A stretch of DNA of 32,000 nt from an uncultured bacterium. GTDB lineage: Bacteria > Margulisbacteria > WOR-1 > CAVSGV01. Every line of letters starts with the position of its first letter. The first letter of the stretch is position 1. The DNA lies in contig OY969425.1 in the NCBI GenBank assembly GCA_963699255.1, positions 1,230,001 through 1,262,000 of the forward strand, given 5' to 3'. The position numbers and the translations under genes are program-made. The notes beneath the pieces were generated by a model. The model was not told the origin of the DNA. It made no database searches and was given only the letters and a program-made list of their open reading frames with translations. Shown in pieces: positions 18,362 to 27,800 of the stretch.

Positions 18362-19355
18362 TTACGGATTCCAAATATCGCTTGAAGAGGACCAGACATC
18401 GTGAAGATAACTCCCCCCCATTACCCACATCTTATTCTTATAAACAACTGAACCAAGGCCATCACGGGCTGCCCAGCCGGCGGCGGCAGTTGCCTGGGTC
18501 CATGTAATTCCGTCAGTAGAATACCAGACATCATTCCTCTCCCATTGTCCAACAACATTCCCGTATCCCCCCATCACCCACATTTTATTATCAAAGACCT
18601 GTGCGGTGTGCCACGCCCGTCCCGGCCAGTTGGCAGCAGCTGTTACCTGTCATCCAGGTAACGCCGTCTGAAGATGACCATACATCGTTCCGATAGCCGG
18701 TACTAAGCCCCCCATACCCACCTCCAAGCAGCCACATTTTATTGTTAAAGACCAATGATCTGCTCCCCTCACGGTTGTACCATTCAACAGAGGTTTCCGG
18801 TTTCCAAGTAACACCGTCCGTAGAGGACCAGACAGGATTAGTTTGGGCGGTTGAATGGTCCGTCATCATCCACATTTTATTATTAAAAACCAATACTGAA
18901 GGACCTTGCATTAGTCCCCAACCGGCAGCAGCTGTTACCTGTGTCCAGGTAACGCCGTCCGAAGAAGACCAGACATCGTTCAAAGCTTTCGTGTTAGAAT
19001 CATATCCTCCCAATACCCACATTTTGTTGTTAAAGACCACCGCAGCGAAGTTAGTTCGGGCTGTCCAACCGGCAGCAGCTGTTGCCTGTGTCCAGGTAAT
19101 GCCGTCTGAAGATGACCATACATCGCTCTTGTAGTTAGAACTACCAACACGCCCACCGATCACCCACATTTTATTGTTAAACACCAATGTGGAAAAACTT
19201 TCGCGGCCTGGCCAGCCGGCGGCAGAAGTTACCTGAGTCCAGGTGGATCCGGCTGCGGCAAATACCGTTCTTGCTACAAGAAGTTGGAAAAGAAAGAGCA
19301 AAAACAATATTAAGATGTGAGATGAGAAATGAGAGATGAGAGTGGGTTTTCGCAT
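18362..19355 (-). pseudogene. Secreted six-blade Kelch-type beta-propeller protein, interrupted by a 1-nt frameshift near 18651-18653
   Basis: ORFs 18591..19376 and 18362..18583 carry the same about 47-aa repeat (DVWSSSDG[VI]TWTQ.TAAAGW.....VFNNKMWV.GG). Intact blades read ...acctgtGTccagg, while blade 5 reads ...acctgtCATccagg (one extra nt). The likely start is the ATG at 19355 (GAGG RBS, signal peptide). This could be a real pseudogene or a sequencing error. Confidence 0.75.
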
Positions 19356-19384
19356 CCCATACCTCACACTTTGCATCTCTTGTT

Positions 19385-22300
19385 TTACTTTCCTTTCTTT
19401 TTATCTTGCACAGGAACCAGCGGAGGAATATCCGCGCGCACGGCTTCAACTCTCCAGTAGAATTTCTGGGAGGGGTTTCCGTCGGAGGTGGTGCTGACTG
19501 TAAATTTGCAGTTCTCGATCTTGCCTGCAACATAGAGCGGGGAATATCCGTCCACACAGGTCAGCTGGACAGTTCGCCCTTCTTTTCTGGTGAGGGCTTC
19601 AAAATATTCCGGCAGCTGTATTTCTTTCTTTGAACCGGACAGTTGGTCCTCACCCCGATAAAAGACCGCGTGTTCCGGACCCTCCAATGCGCCGTGAACT
19701 AATGTTTTGTTTTTCGGATCCAGCGGGTCAGGTATCTCAAAGTTCTTGTAGGTCGCGGCAAATCCGCCGGCAACCTGAAGCGTGTATTGTGGATTTGTCG
19801 TCCCGATGCCGACGTTGCCGCCTACAAAATAAGAATTACCGGAACGATTCAAAACAAATTTATCAACACCAGTTTGACCAATGGTAAGGCCACCTAGACC
19901 ATCGTAAACCATTTCATAATAGTTGGTGCCGCCATCAGTCAAACGAATACCATATCCGTAATTAGCTCCTGACCCGTTGACAGTTAGCTTCGCTCCCGGA
20001 CTCGTCGTCCCGATGGCCACGCGGCCGCTGTTGTAGTAAATATCACTTCCGCTCGTGCCCCATTGACCTGAAGGCCAAGAAGTTCTAGGAACCCCGCCAA
20101 GGGTAAGACCGTTTGTGTCAATTTTAACTGTGCCAGTGGTATTTGCACAGTTACTCGCAATTCTACACAGATCCGCATAGTTCGCGTCCCTCGCATGACC
20201 CGTACATGTGCTAGCTACCGATGATAATATTGCGTAATTTGCCTGCTTGGTACACAAGGTCGATATCCCGCTCAATACTGCATAGTTCGAGTCATTTGCA
20301 TGACCCGTACATGTGGTAGCTACTGATGATAATAACGCGTATGTTGCCTGCTTGGTACACAAGGTCGATATCCCGCTCAATACTGCATAGTTCGAGTCAT
20401 TTGCATGACCCGTACATGTGGTAGCTACTGATGATAATAACGCGTATGTTGCCTGCCTGGTACACATGGTAGATGTTCCACTCAGATCTGCATAGTTTGC
20501 ACTCTTAGCATTACCTGTACAGACACTTGATATCCCTGATAGGGCCGCATACGGTGCTGATCCTGTACATACAGATGCTATGCCACTCAACGCCGCATAG
20601 TTCGCACTCTTCGCACTACCTGTACAGACACTTGATATCCCTGATAGGGCCGCATACGGTGCTGATCCTGTACATACAGATGCTATGCCACTCAACGCCG
20701 CATAGTTCGCACTCGTCGCATTACCTGTACAGACACTTGATATCCCTGATAGGGCTGCATACGGCGCTGATCCACTACAGCTGGATGCTATTCCACTAAG
20801 ATTTGCATAGTTCGCACTCGTCGCATTACCTGTACAGACACTTGATATCCCTGATAGGGCTGCATACGGCGCTGATCCACTACAGCTGGATGCTATTCCA
20901 CTAAGATTTGCATAGTTCGCACTCTTCGCGCTACCCGTACAAATACTTGATATTCCTGACAGTGCTGCATACGGCGCTGATCCACTACAGCTGGAGGCTG
21001 TTCCACTCAATGCCGCATAGTTCGCGCTATTCGCGCTGCCTGTACATATACTTGATATCCCTGATAGTGTTGCATATATAGCATTAGTGCTCGTGGTCGA
21101 TGTCCCGCTCAATACTGCGTAGCTGACGGTTCCTGTACACCTGGACGATGTTCCGCTTAGATCTGCATACTTTACAGAGCCGGTACAAGTGGATGCGGTT
21201 CCACTCAATACTGCATAGTTAACAGTCCCGGTACAAGTAGATGCTGTTCCGCTTAACACTGCATAATTAACAGATCCCGTACAAGTGGATGCGGTCCCAC
21301 TTAATACTGAATAGTTGGAAGTATTCGCATTACCTGTACATACACTTGATATTCCTGATAGTGCTGCATACGGCGCTGATCCTGTACATATAGATGCTGT
21401 TCCACTCAATGCGGCATAGTTCGCACTATTCGCACTGCCTGTGCATACACTTGATGTCCCAGATAGATCCGCATACTTAGTCGATCCTGTGCAGACAGAT
21501 GCGGTCCCACTCAATACCGCATAATTGGATGTATTTGCACTACCTGTACAAATGCTTGATGTGCCTGATAGTGTTGCATACGGCGCTGATCCGGTACATA
21601 CAGATGCTGTTCCGCTCAATGCGGCATAGTTCGCACTATTCGCACTGCCTGTACAAATGCTTGATGTCCCTGATAGTGTTGCATAAACAGCATTAGTGCT
21701 GGTGGTCGATGTGCCACTCAATACTGCGTAGCCAGCTGTTTTAGCATTGCCTGAACATGTACTTGATATCCCAGACAGATCCGCATACTTAGTCGATCCT
21801 GTACAGACAGATGCGGTCCCACTTAATACTGAATAGTTGGAAGTATTCGCATTACCTGTACATACACTGGATGTCCCTGATAGTGCTGCATACTTGGTTG
21901 ATCCGGTACAGCTTGATGCTGTCCCGCTCAATACTGCATAGTTTGATGTATTCGCATTTCCTGTACAGACACTTGATGTCCCCGATAGATTTGCATAAAT
22001 AGCATTAGTGCTGGTGGTCGACGTCCCGCTCAATACCGCATAGTTGGATGTATTAGCATTACCTGTGCAGACACTTGATGTACCTGATAGTGTTGCATAA
22101 GGGACAGATCCTGTACATGTAGATGCTGTTCCACTCAATACCGCGTAATTGACGGTCCCTGTACACAGGGATGCGGTCCCGCTCAACACAGAGTAATTCG
22201 ATGTATTCGCGTTGCCTGTGCATACACTGGATGTACCTGATAGTGCTGCATACTTGGTTGATCCGGTACAGCTTGATGCTGTCCCGCTCAATACTGCATA

Positions 22301-24430
22301 GTTTGATGTATTCGCGCTACCCGTACAAACACTTGATGTCCCAGATAGTGTTGCATAAATAGCATTAGTGCTGGTGGTCGATGTACCACTCAATACTGCG
22401 TAGCCAGCTGTTTTAGCATTACCTGTGCAGACACTGGATGTCCCCGATAGATCCGCATACTTAGTCGATCCTGTACAGACAGATGCTGTTCCACTCAATA
22501 CTGCATAGTTAACAGTCCCGGTACACAGGGATGATGTCCCGCTCAACGCAGAGTAGTTTGATGTATTCGCATTTCCTGTACAGACACTTGATGTCCCTGA
22601 CAGTGCCGCATAATTGGTTGATCCCGTACAGACAGATGCTGTGCCGCTCAACACAGAGTAGTTCGATGTATTAGCATTACCTGTGCACACACTGGATATA
22701 CCTGATAGTGCTGCATAAATAGCATTAGTGCTGGTGGTCGATGTACCACTCAATACTGCGTAGCCAGCTGTTTTAGCATTACCTGTGCAGACACTGGATG
22801 TCCCCGATAGATCCGCATACTTAGTCGATCCTGTACATGTGGATGCTGTTCCACTCAATACTGCATAGTTAACAGTCCCGGTACACAGGGATGATGTCCC
22901 GCTCAACGCAGAGTAGTTTGATGTATTCGCATTTCCTGTACAGACACTTGATGTCCCTGACAGTGCCGCATAATTGGTTGATCCCGTACAGACAGATGCT
23001 GTGCCGCTCAACACAGAGTAGTTGGATGTATTAGCATTACCTGTGCACACACTGGATATACCTGATAGTGCTGCATAAATAGCATTAGTGCTGGTGGTCG
23101 ATGTCCCGCTCAATACCGCATAATTGACAGTCCCTGTACACAGGGATGCGGTCCCGCTCAACACAGAGTAATTCGATGTATTCGCACTGCCTGTGCATAC
23201 ACTGGATGTACCTGATAGTGTTGCATAAGGGACAGATCCTGTACAAATAGATGCTGTCCCACTCAACGCAGAGTAGTTTGATGTATTCGCATTTCCTGTA
23301 CAGACACTTGATATACCTGACAGTGCTGCATAATTGGTTGATCCGGTACAAATAGATGCTGTTCCACTCAATGCTGCATACTTTACTGATCCCGTACAGA
23401 CAGATGCTGTTCCGCTCAACACAGAGTAGTTCGATGTATTAGCATTACCTGTGCACACACTGGATATACCTGATAGAGCTGCATAATTAGTTGATCCGGT
23501 ACAGCTTGATGCTGTTCCACTTAATGCTGCATAGTTGGATGTACTCGCGCTACCTGTACATATACTGGATATACCTGATAGATTTGCATAAGTGACAGAC
23601 CCTGTACAACTGGATGCTGTTCCACTCAATACTGCATACTTTACTGATCCCGTACATGCGGATGATGTTCCGCTTAACACTGCATAGTTAACAGTCCCTG
23701 TACAGGCTGATGCTGTCCCACTCAATACCGCATAGTTTGATGTATTCGCACTGCCTGTGCATACACTTGATATCCCCGATAAAGCTGCATACTTTACCGA
23801 TCCCGTACACGCGGATGATGTTCCGCTCAATGTCGCATAGTTCGCGGTTACTGATACTGATGTGGAGGTCACATTGATAAGCGCCGAGCCATCTCCGTAA
23901 TATTTACCTGTCGACCCCTCTATGGATGCTCCCATAGCTCCCACCTTAAGATTCCCTGTTATATTGGCGTTTGCCGTTTGCGCTTCCGTTGTGTTCATGA
24001 TGTACCTTAGATCCGCATCTCCCTCTGAGATACCTCCTCCTCCTCCACCCATCCCCGATTCTGATGATATCGCCCTGAACGCGTACGGTGCCGCCGCCAG
24101 CAGCTGGTGCGGCGTCATGTCTTCTCCTCCAACGTTCAGCCCGATCTCATACTGATTGCTGAAATCTACGCTAGTGGGAATAGGACCCAGCATTTCATTG
24201 ATGTTCCCCTGACTGTCAGGAGTAACCGTTGATGTCTGCGACCACAGCGATGTCCCGCTGGATGAATCGTACAGCGTGAAGATTATCACCTTGGGGTCTG
24301 TGATAGGCAGGCCGCTTGTTTTGTCCAGTAACCTACCTTGAAAATATATGGTGCGGGGGATAGCTGCAAGAACGGAGAAAGATAATATCGTCAGGAAAAC
24401 AAAGAAAAAGAAAAACACCTTTTTTTGCAT
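19385..24430 (-). CDS. Giant secreted repeat protein B (1681 aa): same N-terminal module, about 72 single-Cys repeats, distinct C-terminal 'FEIPDPLDP...YFEAL' tip
   Basis: 5.05-kb uninterrupted ORF. The first about 359 aa are identical to giant A in the supplied translations. After the array come two GxVxIGTT joints and then a unique about 118-aa terminal domain. Confidence 0.88.
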   Translation of the reverse strand: MQKKVFFFFFVFLTILSFSVLAAIPRTIYFQGRLLDKTSGLPITDPKVIIFTLYDSSSGTSLWSQTSTVTPDSQGNINEMLGPIPTSVDFSNQYEIGLNVGGEDMTPHQLLAAAPYAFRAISSESGMGGGGGGISEGDADLRYIMNTTEAQTANANITGNLKVGAMGASIEGSTGKYYGDGSALINVTSTSVSVTANYATLSGTSSACTGSVKYAALSGISSVCTGSANTSNYAVLSGTASACTGTVNYAVLSGTSSACTGSVKYAVLSGTASSCTGSVTYANLSGISSICTGSASTSNYAALSGTASSCTGSTNYAALSGISSVCTGNANTSNYSVLSGTASVCTGSVKYAALSGTASICTGSTNYAALSGISSVCTGNANTSNYSALSGTASICTGSVPYATLSGTSSVCTGSANTSNYSVLSGTASLCTGTVNYAVLSGTSTTSTNAIYAALSGISSVCTGNANTSNYSVLSGTASVCTGSTNYAALSGTSSVCTGNANTSNYSALSGTSSLCTGTVNYAVLSGTASTCTGSTKYADLSGTSSVCTGNAKTAGYAVLSGTSTTSTNAIYAALSGISSVCTGNANTSNYSVLSGTASVCTGSTNYAALSGTSSVCTGNANTSNYSALSGTSSLCTGTVNYAVLSGTASVCTGSTKYADLSGTSSVCTGNAKTAGYAVLSGTSTTSTNAIYATLSGTSSVCTGSANTSNYAVLSGTASSCTGSTKYAALSGTSSVCTGNANTSNYSVLSGTASLCTGTVNYAVLSGTASTCTGSVPYATLSGTSSVCTGNANTSNYAVLSGTSTTSTNAIYANLSGTSSVCTGNANTSNYAVLSGTASSCTGSTKYAALSGTSSVCTGNANTSNYSVLSGTASVCTGSTKYADLSGISSTCSGNAKTAGYAVLSGTSTTSTNAVYATLSGTSSICTGSANSANYAALSGTASVCTGSAPYATLSGTSSICTGSANTSNYAVLSGTASVCTGSTKYADLSGTSSVCTGSANSANYAALSGTASICTGSAPYAALSGISSVCTGNANTSNYSVLSGTASTCTGSVNYAVLSGTASTCTGTVNYAVLSGTASTCTGSVKYADLSGTSSRCTGTVSYAVLSGTSTTSTNAIYATLSGISSICTGSANSANYAALSGTASSCSGSAPYAALSGISSICTGSAKSANYANLSGIASSCSGSAPYAALSGISSVCTGNATSANYANLSGIASSCSGSAPYAALSGISSVCTGNATSANYAALSGIASVCTGSAPYAALSGISSVCTGSAKSANYAALSGIASVCTGSAPYAALSGISSVCTGNAKSANYADLSGTSTMCTRQATYALLSSVATTCTGHANDSNYAVLSGISTLCTKQATYALLSSVATTCTGHANDSNYAVLSGISTLCTKQANYAILSSVASTCTGHARDANYADLCRIASNCANTTGTVKIDTNGLTLGGVPRTSWPSGQWGTSGSDIYYNSGRVAIGTTSPGAKLTVNGSGANYGYGIRLTDGGTNYYEMVYDGLGGLTIGQTGVDKFVLNRSGNSYFVGGNVGIGTTNPQYTLQVAGGFAATYKNFEIPDPLDPKNKTLVHGALEGPEHAVFYRGEDQLSGSKKEIQLPEYFEALTRKEGRTVQLTCVDGYSPLYVAGKIENCKFTVSTTSDGNPSQKFYWRVEAVRADIPPLVPVQDKKKGK
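19388..19741 (-). other. C-terminal tip domain of giant B (uncharacterised family; FEIPDPLDPKNKTLVHGALEGPEHAVFYRG...LPEYFEAL...)
   Basis: I recall the F-x-I-x-[HD]-P-L-D-P...E-[GS]-P...Y-[RN]-G...LP-[DE]-YFEAL pattern from the C-termini of fibre-like hypothetical proteins in other bacteria. No named family can be assigned without an HMM search. Confidence 0.45.
20132..23839 (-). repeat. In-frame tandem array of about 72 units (16/19 aa) in giant B
   Basis: Same unit consensus. Six Cys-less units. Contains 360-bp, 105-bp and 108-bp higher-order tandem duplications. Confidence 0.9.
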
Positions 24431-24491
24431 AATAACCCTCCTGTGAATATCATGAATATCAATGGATTCCTTACTTGATCCCTAGCGGTAC

Positions 24492-24519
24492 ATTATATTA
24501 TATATATGTGGAATTACAA
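24492..24519 (-). promoter_or_regulatory. Promoter copy 2 (giant B): TTGTAA-16-TATAAT
   Basis: -35 at 24519-24514 and -10 at 24497-24492. The 5'UTR direct repeat is at 24444-24461. Homology with copy 3 extends upstream to about 24553. Confidence 0.6.
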
Positions 24520-24750
24520 TAGACTTTTGGCTCAAAGAAAATAATAAAAACTGTGGGGAAATAATGGTAACCTAGAAGGTTATACATGTCACTAACACAA
24601 TAATAACGATAGGGGGAAATGATTTATTGCTGATGCTATCACTTTTCCCCATGATCTACCATCAAATATCAGTTAAACAGCCACCGCCAGAATGTGTGAG
24701 AGCTATCGCAAGGTATAAGGTGTGTTGACTATGATCCTTATCCCTTGGTT

Positions 24751-24814
24751 CTATTTCGCCTCCAGCTTATCCAGACGGGCTTTCAGCTCTTCATTAACCG
24801 TCTTCTGTTCATCA
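24751..24814 (-). pseudogene. Relic of an S74-type gene 3' end (encodes ...DEQKTVNEELKARLDKLEAK*), stranded downstream of giant C
   Basis: CTATTTCGCCTCCAGCTTATCCAGACGGGCTTTCAGCTCTTCATTAACCGTCTTCTGTTCATC aligns with 13127-13190, the last 20 codons plus stop of giant A. It lies 30 nt beyond the giant C stop codon. Confidence 0.85.
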
Positions 24815-24843
24815 CAAGCAATTCAATTAAATTCTGAAATTCA

Positions 24844-27800
24844 CTAATATTCCACAAGCACAAATCCTTGCGTGCCATTGCCGGCATTATGTTGATAGCC
24901 GCCGGAACCGCCGCCACCGTAGCCATAGGCAGCAGTAACGCTACCATCCTCAAAGTAGAAGCCGCCACCACCAAAAGCGCTTCCGCCGCCTCTACTTGTA
25001 TTTGCGCCGCAAGTATCCTGTCCTCTCCCGCCATTAACGCCGCCGGTACAGTTAGTGCATGTGCCACCATTACCGCCATGGCCACCGTTGCCGCCGGTAT
25101 AGCCGGAGTAGCCAGCGCTACCGCCACCAGCCACATAACTCCCAAAAGATGAATCACCGCCGGGATTCCCCCACTCAGTAGCGCCAAGTTGACCGCCGGT
25201 GCCACCCTGGCCAACACCTACCGAAATACTTGCTCCGGGAGTTACACTCACACTTTCTGCTATAACAGCGGCCCCGCCGCCGCCACCGCCACCGTAATAG
25301 TTGCGGCCTGTGCCGCCGCCACCACCACCACCGCACATTGTAACCCATACTGTTTTCACTCCACTGGGTACAGTGAATGTTCCGCCAGATATGAAACGCT
25401 GTTTGCCGTGTGAAGAAATAAGTGTGCCATTATTATAGATTCCACCTGATGCATTTATCGCTCCGCCCTGAACATCTACTTTATATCCTGGATTCGTCGT
25501 CCCGATTCCGACATTGCCAACAGAATCTATGACCATTGATGTATTTGTAATACCAGTAGTGTAGTTATTTGAGGTTCCAAACATCAATTTTGAACCGCTA
25601 TTATCAAAATAGGCAGCGATCCTGGCGTTTGGATTAGATCCAGAGCTGTACAGGAAATCTATAGGTGTATAACGTCCAGCGGTATAAGCACCGCTCAAAG
25701 AAAGCATACCTCTTGTTGCACCGGTAAATGTTGAAATTTGACTTCCTTCTACATTTAGTTTGGATGCCGGATTTGTCGTCCCGATGCCGACATTGCCGTT
25801 GTTTAGAATTGTTACTCTATCCGAATAATTATCTATATTGCCTTGCGAACTCAGTGTGCGCAAATAAAGATTACCACCTGAAGAACCTCCCCAATCGATC
25901 ACGCCGTTAGCAGAATTATAAACTAAATGGGTCCCGGAAAGCCGAACATTACCGGCAACATCTAATTTAGTTCCTGGACCAGTCGTACCGATGCCGACAT
26001 TGCCGCCTGAAACAAACAAATCATTTGTGTCAACTTTTAAACCGCTTGAGTTCAAATAATACCCGGTGCCGGAACATGCGGTAGCTGTCGCTGATAAAAT
26101 AGCATAATTTGCGCGTACAGAACACACTGTCGATGTTCCACTCAAATCTGCATAGTTAGCATCCCTCGCGTGACCCGTACATATGGAAGCTACCGATGAT
26201 AATATTGCGTAATTTGCCTGCTTGGTACACAGGGTCGATGTCCCGCTCAATGCCGCATAGTTAGCATCTTTCGCATGACCGGTACTGCAATCGCTGGCTG
26301 TCGCTGCTAATAATGCGTATGTCGCCTGCTTCGTACACATGGTCGATGTCCCGCTCAATGCCGCATAACTCGCACTATTCGCACTGCCTGTACAGACACT
26401 CGATGTGCCTGATAAAGCTGCATATGGCGCTGATCCTGTACAGCTGGATGATGTTCCACTCAATGCCGCATAGCTCGCGCTATTCGCACTGCCTGTACAT
26501 ATACTTGATATCCCTGATAGGTTTGCATACTTGACTGATCCAGTACATGCCGATGATATCCCGCTAAGATCCGCGTACTTTACTGATCCTGTACAGGCAC
26601 TGGATGTTCCTGATAACTCCGCATACTTTACAGATCCGGTACAGGCGGATGATGTTCCACTCAATGCCGCATAGCTCGCGCTGTTCGCACTGCCTGTACA
26701 TATACTTGATATCCCTGATAGTGTTGCATATATAGCATTAGTGCTCGTGGTCGATGTCCCGCTTAATACTGCGTAGCTGACGGATCCTGTACACCTGGAC
26801 GATGTTCCGCTTAATGTCGAATAAGAAACAGCCCCAGTACAGCTGGATGATGTTCCACTCAATACTGCATAGTTAACAGTCCCGGTACAAGTAGATGCTG
26901 TTCCGCTTAACACTGAATAATTAACAGATCCCGTACAAGTGGATGCGGTCCCACTTAATACTGAATAGTTGGAAGTATTCGCGCTACCCGTACAAACACT
27001 TGATATCCCTGATAGTGTTGCATAGGAAACCGATCCAGTACATGTGGATGCTGTTCCACTCAATACCGCATAATTAACGGTCCCGGTACACATGGATGCT
27101 GTCCCGCTCAACACAGAGTAGTTGGAAGTATTCGCGCTACCCGTACAAATGCTTGATGTCCCTGATAGTGTTGCATATATAGAATTAGTGCTGGTGGTCG
27201 ATGTCCCGCTTAATACCGCATAGTTAACAGTCCCTGTACACATGGATGCTGTTCCACTTAACACTGCATAGTTGGCACTATTCGCACTGCCTGTACAAAT
27301 GCTTGATGTCCCTGATAGTGTTGCATAAACAGCATTAGTGCTGGTGGTCGATGTGCCACTCAATACTGCGTAGCCAGCTGTTTTAGCATTGCCTGAACAT
27401 GTACTTGATATCCCAGACAGATCCGCATACTTAGTCGATCCTGTGCAGACAGATGCGGTCCCACTCAATACCGCATAATTGGATGTATTTGCACTACCTG
27501 TACAAATGCTTGATGTGCCTGATAGTGTTGCATAAATAGAATTAGTGCTGGAGGTTGATGTCCCGCTCAATACCGCATAGTTAACAGTCCCTGTACACAT
27601 GGATGCTGTTCCGCTTAACACTGAATAATTAACAGATCCCGTACAAGTGGATGCTGTCCCACTCAACACAGAGTAGTTGGATGTATTAGCGCTACCTGTA
27701 CAGACGCTTGATATACCTGATAGTGCTGCATAATTGGTTGATCCGGTACAGACAGATGCTGTTCCACTCAATGCTGCATAGTTGGATGTATTAGCGCTGC

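Noticed and set aside
19177-19557. 126-aa minus-strand ORF spanning the giant B 3' end and the Kelch gene 5' end.
   Set aside because: It is out of frame with two well-supported genes and its composition is not protein-like. It is spurious.
24612-24650. Imperfect hairpin GGGGGAAATGAT...ATCACTTTTCCCC downstream of the S74 relic, considered as the terminator of giant C.
   Set aside because: The stem has mismatches and there is no clear U-tract on the minus strand. It is too weak to call as a feature.
24783-25217. 144-aa minus-strand ORF (Ala/Val/Leu/Met-rich) overlapping the 3' end of giant C and the S74 relic.
   Set aside because: It is an alternative frame of the GC-rich glycine-codon region (GGN/GCC runs give an open Ala/Pro-type frame). 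It runs across the real stop of giant C. The in-frame Gly-rich domain has a recognisable family pattern, while this ORF has none.
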